Below are positions 58,717 through 64,000 of a stretch of 64,000 bases of DNA, one piece after another; the stretch's first letter is position 1; every line of letters starts with the position of its first letter. The translations under genes were made by a program, and so were the position numbers. The notes beneath the pieces are model-generated. The model worked only from the letters and a program-made list of their open reading frames with translations, made no database searches and was not told the DNA's origin. Source of the DNA: Promethearchaeota archaeon (GTDB taxonomy: Archaea > Asgardarchaeota > Lokiarchaeia > Sigyniarchaeales > SOKP01); NCBI GenBank assembly GCA_048939995.1, contig JBHLOY010000010.1, forward strand, positions 81,887 through 145,886, in the 5' to 3' direction.

Positions 58717-61700
58717 CTACTTTTCAGCTAATTTTTGAAAAGATTCAAATTTTTTATTTTTAAATTTATCAATATTAGTTATCTCATTTTTATTAAAATT
58801 CATTAATAATTCTGAAATTTGTTCACACTTCTCAAACTTGTGAATTGATTTCTCATATTGGCCATTAATTACCGATAGTTCTGCTTGTTCTTCTAAATCA
58901 ACCCTATGCTTTTGGATTTCAACCAATTTAACATTATTAGCACTAAAGAAATCTACCATTTCTGATTTGAACATATTTACTGCATCAAACTCTCTTAACT
59001 TTTTAGAAATATTGATTATATCTTGATATAATTCAAATATTTTTATTGAATTTCCCTCAATTTTCTCTTTATCTAAAGCCTCAATTCTTATTTCGCGCTC
59101 TTTAATTAGGGCATTAATTCCATCAATTAATTCCGAAAATAGTTTTACATCATCTTGTCTTCCTAGTTTTCTGGATACTTCCTTTGCATACTCAAACTGT
59201 TTAATCGCTTCTAAATATGCACCTTCCTCAAATAATTGTTCTCCTAGAATTTTAATTTCTTTTATATTGGGCTCTAATTCCATTTTATCTAACAACTTTT
59301 CTCTATCAGTATTTTGAGCATTTTGCTTTTGAATATTTAACTCTTGAATTTCTCTCTCATCTGATGCAACGAATGAGGAAGAAATTTCTTTGATATGTGA
59401 AAGAACTAATTTAAGAGGAATTTTTTTTCGGTGAGCCTTCAATTTTTTCTGAGACCTTTTTCTTATAATAATAATTCCTGTAATAGATCCTAACACGCTT
59501 ATTACAGCAATGATAATAACTATATAAATCATGAGGTCATTGTTTTGATACACATTTATTGTAAAACTGCCCATTGTATAATCACTCTGAAGCCCTGCTC
59601 CATCTATTTGAGCTATGAAATAATAATACTTACCTGTTGGAAGAGTATCAGTTAATTCATAATAACTAATCGTAATATTTAAAAAGTAAATATACCCTGG
59701 GGTAATCAAGGGATTTTCTTCATTATCAATTATCAATATATAATAAGAAATACCTGAAGGATCAGAACCATCTAACCAATCAAATACTATGCTACCAGTG
59801 ATATCACCACTTGGAGGGTTATTTAAGATAGGGGCTGATGGGGGTATGGTATCTTGAACTGTGATAGTTCCAGTGGTTAAATTCCAATTTCCACTATTAT
59901 CCTCCATAAAAATCTTATACTGATATACAATATCATCGTTTGGTATCCATGAATCATATTCCCATAAATTTCCACCAATATTTACCATTGAATGGTTATT
60001 TCCTTCAAATTCTATCAATGTTCGATTAATGCCTGCAAAATCACTGACAGTTATCCTTATATTAACAGGATTACCTAATTCTAATGGATTTTGATCTTCA
60101 ATTAAGTCTCTGTACACAGGAGCAATAGAGTCGTAGAACATTATTGAATCTGTAGTGAAATTCCAATTATCATAAATATCTCTCATATGTATTGTATAAG
60201 GGTAAGTCCCTATTGTATTAGGCAGCCATTCATCGTATCGCCACAAATCTCCACCAAAGTAGTCCATTGAATGATTATTTCCTTCAAATTCTATTAATAC
60301 TTGATCAACATTGGATAAATCAGTACTAATAATTGTTATAATTAAAGGAGTACCTAATTCAACTGGATCAGCACTTTCAACCAAATTCGAATAAATTGGA
60401 GGAGATGTGTCATGTACTAAAATCGAACCTATAGTATAGTTCCAGTTATTGTAATTGTCCTCGATCCATATCTTATAGGAATAATTACTAACGCTAGATG
60501 GAGTCCAGGAATCATATTGCCATGTATCTCCGCCAATATTTGACATTGAATGGTTCAATCCTCCAAATTCGATTTTAACCTGTTTGATTCCTGTTAGATC
60601 GGTGCAATTAATAGAAATAATCTCAGTGCTTCCGAATTCTAGGGGATCTGCACTCTCGGTTAGTGCAATGAAATTAGGCGAAGTTGTATCCACAATATCG
60701 AAACTGCCACTTAATGAATTCCAGTTATTATCTGTATCATTTGCATATATTTTATAATTAACAATTCCAACGAAAGATCGCGTCAAAGTATATTCATAAG
60801 AATATCCTCCAATATAGTTCATTGTATTATTAACACCTTCCAATTCAATGAATACAGTTGATACATTTGTCTCAATATCATACACATCCACAGTTATTGT
60901 GATATTATCCCCTAATTCTAATGGATCTGCGCTTTCGGTAAGATTTTCTATAAATGGCGCTGTAGTTGATATCACTGTGATTGTTCCCGTTGTTATATTC
61001 CAATTATCCTCCAAATCTTGCATGTATACTTTATAGAGATAATCTCCTCCGAGTAAAGGCTTCCAATTACTCCAACTCCATGTGTTTCCACTGATTAATT
61101 TCATTGTATGATTGAAGTATGTTCCAGAAGGAGTATCTGCATATTCCAAAAGAACCTGATTTACCCCAGAACCCGGAGAGTCGTAAACCTTGATAGATAT
61201 AGTCTCATTTTGTCCGAGTTGTAAAGGATTCGCACTCTCAATTAAATTTGAATAGGTTGGTGGAGTAGTATCAATTACTTCAATAGTTCCTATGGTAGAA
61301 TTCCAATTATGATAATTGTCTTCCATCCATATCGTATAGGAGTAATTACCAACACTAGATGGAGTCCAAGAATCATATTGCCATAAAGTTTTGGAGATAT
61401 TTGTCATGGAGTGGTTAGTTCCTTCAAACTCGATTTTAACTTGGTTAATACCAGAGGGATCGGTGACATTTATAGTAATAACTTCTATATCTCCTAATTC
61501 TAATGGGTCTGAACTCTCAATTAAATTTGTATAAGTAGGAGGTGAGCTATCTGGAATTTTTTCCGAACTTACATTATAAAAACTATGTGGATTCCTTTGG
61601 TTGTTATATTCCGTTGCAATCCAATCTGCTGATCTCACTATTTTAGACAATCGAATCTCGCTCAAAATTGCATTAAGGCTACGATCACTAAATATTGCTC

Positions 61701-63852
61701 CACCTGGTCCGTCTGAGGAGTCATCTAAAGTACCAATACTTATAGTATTCCAAGTCATATGGGTTCCAGTTAATGGGGTATTATCTTCATTTTCTAATGT
61801 TCCGTTCACATATATCTGATGAAGACCATCACCTACTCCGTCCCATAAACATACAATATGCTCCCATGTCCCCACTGCTTTTGTAAAATCTCGATTTGTT
61901 TGAATATAGGAGGATGATGTGGTATTTGTTTCAAATTCAAATTCCTTATAAAAGCAAAGACTTGGAGCGATGGCATTACTATCGTCACTAGATATTGGTG
62001 CCATAAGAACATCTCGTAATGATGGCCCTCCATTAGGAAACTTTATCCAAAATTCAAACATCATTTTATCTGTTGGACCATCAAATCCTTCTGATAACGG
62101 CAGATACAAGAAATCATTACTCCCATCAAATTCAATTGCTTTACCTGTTTGTCCATTAACTAGGTCATCTGAAGTCATACCTCCTGAAACTTCAACATTG
62201 AAATCAAAACCATTTGAAGTACTGTCAAGAATATTGGATGATGAAGGATCTTGATTCATATGAAGAACAAAGCAATAATTTTCACCCCAAACTCCCCAAG
62301 CATCCTGACGGGAACTCATAGAAGAATTTCCATAATACATTGTTATGTTAGTATTTGTAGCAGTTGATAAAGATGGAATTCTAACCCATGCTACTAATTG
62401 AGCATGTGTTGAATTATAAGTTTGATTAAAGATCTCAATTTCATGAGCTAAGAACGCGCTTCCATTATAAAAGACTATGTCATCACCATCCGGTTGAGCG
62501 TGATTATGTAAATCTGAATCGTAAAGAGAAATTAGGAGTGGAAAGTTGATAAGATCGCTTAATCCAGAGATTTGGTTATGATCAATAGTAATTTCTTTAT
62601 AATAACTAAAATCATTTATAGAAAGCGGATTAACTTCCATAGCCTTGCTAACTGTATAAAAAGAATTTGGATTATACTGGTTATTATATTCTGTTAAAAT
62701 CCATTCAGGAGACCGTGAAACATTAGAGATGCGAACCTCGTCAATTCCACCATCCCATTCCTGCTCTATAATTCCAGAACTTCTTCCAATATTTAGGAAA
62801 TGAATACCTGTTTGTGAACTCCCACTATATGAGGCATTATTTATTTCAATTCCATCAATATAAATTCTTAATAAATTATTGGTTGAATCTGCCACTCCAA
62901 TTACATAATGCCAATTATTATCATTGATCAAATTCAGATTAACCTTCACATCCTCAGTAGAATTAACATAAAAAGCAAATTCATTTTGATTTATCTTCCC
63001 AAGCCAGTAATTTTGATTGCCAAGATTCAGCGACCATTTCGTTATTATGCAATTCACATATTGATCAGTATTATCAGTTTTTACCCATCCTGAAACAGTC
63101 ATATCTTTCGCTAATTGGAGACTAGTATGGTCTGAAACATTTATACAACGCTCATTAGAGTCATCAAAAACAATACTTCCATCAATCTTTCCATCTACTT
63201 GATTTGAAGAAGATAAAGAAACAGCTGTCCCATTATTGTTATATGAGCTGCTATCTTTGAATTGAGGTGGAGAAATAGTAGGATCTTCTTTTAAGTGCCA
63301 CACACCCTTATAATTAGAATCCCAAACTCCCCAAGCATTTTGACGGGAACTCATAGAAGAATTTCCATAATACATTATTATATTAGTATCTGTAGAAGGT
63401 GATAAAGAGGGGAATCTGATCCATGCAATTAATTTAGCATGAGTTGTATTATAATTTTTATTGAAGAGCTCTACTTCATGATCAAGCCATATCGTACCAT
63501 TTGAAAAGGCTATATCATCACCATCATCTTGAACCTTATAATGCAAATCACAATCATAAATAGAGATTAATACTGGAAAATTCACAAGATTAGTTGTTCC
63601 AGAAACTTTACTATGATCAATTATTATTTCTTTATAATAACTAAAATATTTTTTTTTAGGAGGATTATTTGAGGATATTTTAATATTAGAGGGAATCTCT
63701 TCAAATCTTTCTTTATATTTATCACACTGACTGATGTCGCTTGCTATATTAATTATAGACACTAGATTTACGATCAAAATAATAGAAATAAAAAAAACAC
63801 ACACTAAGCGTCTAACTAAGATATTTTTCCTCATTAAACTTTCCTCTAACAT
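58717..63852 (-). CDS. Giant cell-surface protein: (DUF2341-like plus LamG) x2, six ~90-aa Ig-like repeats plus one FN3-like domain, TM helix, cytoplasmic TPR-like domain
   Basis: N-terminal signal/anchor; YYKEI.IDH..FP.LIS..MYYGN x2; IDEVRIS; D..PP..NL.ES.DPLELG x6; TM IYIVIIIAVISVLGSITGIIII followed by RKR. Confidence 0.85.
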   Translation of the reverse strand: MLEESLMRKNILVRRLVCVFFISIILIVNLVSIINIASDISQCDKYKERFEEIPSNIKISSNNPPKKKYFSYYKEIIIDHSKVSGTTNLVNFPVLISIYDCDLHYKVQDDGDDIAFSNGTIWLDHEVELFNKNYNTTHAKLIAWIRFPSLSPSTDTNIIMYYGNSSMSSRQNAWGVWDSNYKGVWHLKEDPTISPPQFKDSSSYNNNGTAVSLSSSNQVDGKIDGSIVFDDSNERCINVSDHTSLQLAKDMTVSGWVKTDNTDQYVNCIITKWSLNLGNQNYWLGKINQNEFAFYVNSTEDVKVNLNLINDNNWHYVIGVADSTNNLLRIYIDGIEINNASYSGSSQTGIHFLNIGRSSGIIEQEWDGGIDEVRISNVSRSPEWILTEYNNQYNPNSFYTVSKAMEVNPLSINDFSYYKEITIDHNQISGLSDLINFPLLISLYDSDLHNHAQPDGDDIVFYNGSAFLAHEIEIFNQTYNSTHAQLVAWVRIPSLSTATNTNITMYYGNSSMSSRQDAWGVWGENYCFVLHMNQDPSSSNILDSTSNGFDFNVEVSGGMTSDDLVNGQTGKAIEFDGSNDFLYLPLSEGFDGPTDKMMFEFWIKFPNGGPSLRDVLMAPISSDDSNAIAPSLCFYKEFEFETNTTSSSYIQTNRDFTKAVGTWEHIVCLWDGVGDGLHQIYVNGTLENEDNTPLTGTHMTWNTISIGTLDDSSDGPGGAIFSDRSLNAILSEIRLSKIVRSADWIATEYNNQRNPHSFYNVSSEKIPDSSPPTYTNLIESSDPLELGDIEVITINVTDPSGINQVKIEFEGTNHSMTNISKTLWQYDSWTPSSVGNYSYTIWMEDNYHNWNSTIGTIEVIDTTPPTYSNLIESANPLQLGQNETISIKVYDSPGSGVNQVLLEYADTPSGTYFNHTMKLISGNTWSWSNWKPLLGGDYLYKVYMQDLEDNWNITTGTITVISTTAPFIENLTESADPLELGDNITITVDVYDIETNVSTVFIELEGVNNTMNYIGGYSYEYTLTRSFVGIVNYKIYANDTDNNWNSLSGSFDIVDTTSPNFIALTESADPLEFGSTEIISINCTDLTGIKQVKIEFGGLNHSMSNIGGDTWQYDSWTPSSVSNYSYKIWIEDNYNNWNYTIGSILVHDTSPPIYSNLVESADPVELGTPLIITIISTDLSNVDQVLIEFEGNNHSMDYFGGDLWRYDEWLPNTIGTYPYTIHMRDIYDNWNFTTDSIMFYDSIAPVYRDLIEDQNPLELGNPVNIRITVSDFAGINRTLIEFEGNNHSMVNIGGNLWEYDSWIPNDDIVYQYKIFMEDNSGNWNLTTGTITVQDTIPPSAPILNNPPSGDITGSIVFDWLDGSDPSGISYYILIIDNEENPLITPGYIYFLNITISYYELTDTLPTGKYYYFIAQIDGAGLQSDYTMGSFTINVYQNNDLMIYIVIIIAVISVLGSITGIIIIRKRSQKKLKAHRKKIPLKLVLSHIKEISSSFVASDEREIQELNIQKQNAQNTDREKLLDKMELEPNIKEIKILGEQLFEEGAYLEAIKQFEYAKEVSRKLGRQDDVKLFSELIDGINALIKEREIRIEALDKEKIEGNSIKIFELYQDIINISKKLREFDAVNMFKSEMVDFFSANNVKLVEIQKHRVDLEEQAELSVINGQYEKSIHKFEKCEQISELLMNFNKNEITNIDKFKNKKFESFQKLAEK

Positions 63853-63893
63853 TATTTTCAGTTAAAATATTCTTATAAATAAAAATAACAATC

Positions 63894-63941
63894 TACAAAC
63901 CCGTAAAAAATATGAAAGAAAAATTTTATAAATCTATTTAT
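63894..63941 (-). promoter_or_regulatory. Promoter cassette shared with 58488..58535
   Basis: Same two blocks with identical 28-nt offset. Confidence 0.7.
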
Positions 63942-64000
63942 CTTAGAAAAGGGGATTATAAAATTAGGAGAATTGCATACCAAGTCTATGAAGTTTAGAT

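Noticed and set aside
564-63093. Short overlapping ORFs in the track (e.g. 9072..9392, 16272..16589, 37524..37883, 41720..42241, 61970..62254)
   Set aside because: Antisense or alternate-frame shadows of well-supported genes, without motifs.
1-64000. CRISPR arrays, tRNA/rRNA genes, transposases, further frame-breaking BHB introns
   Set aside because: None recognised by eye; the other conserved genes have intact termini. In-frame introns cannot be excluded without alignments.

Overview
AT-rich archaeal DNA, almost certainly from an Asgard archaeon (Lokiarchaeia-like). The evidence is an actin-related protein, a Rag-type GTPase with a roadblock domain, longin/uDENN-like proteins, RING fingers, a SET domain and archaeal BRE/TATA promoters. 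About 55 CDS are present; I found no rRNA, tRNA, CRISPR array or transposase. Main result: the methionyl-tRNA synthetase gene is interrupted just before its HIGH (HLGN) signature by a 32-nt insertion (286..317) that folds into an archaeal bulge-helix-bulge (BHB). Cutting at the canonical EndA positions restores TSAWPYVNAIPHLGN and a 685-aa enzyme, while the unspliced RNA stops after 26 codons. The next gene (convergent, 2-nt gap) encodes a divergent RtcB-family RNA ligase. Together they suggest an mRNA-splicing module on an essential translation gene. Other candidates: (1) an actin-related gene near a proline-rich WH2/VASP-like protein; (2) a Rag GTPase, a longin/uDENN-like protein and a roadblock-like protein clustered together, with the Rag gene sharing a promoter sequence with a giant receptor-like surface protein; (3) a pseudoknotted ~150-nt RNA-like element at 7.8 kb; (4) duplicated structured leaders and a TACAT-N5-ATGTA operator around tandem peptide-binding proteins. 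All family calls come from motif recognition by eye; no database searches were run.
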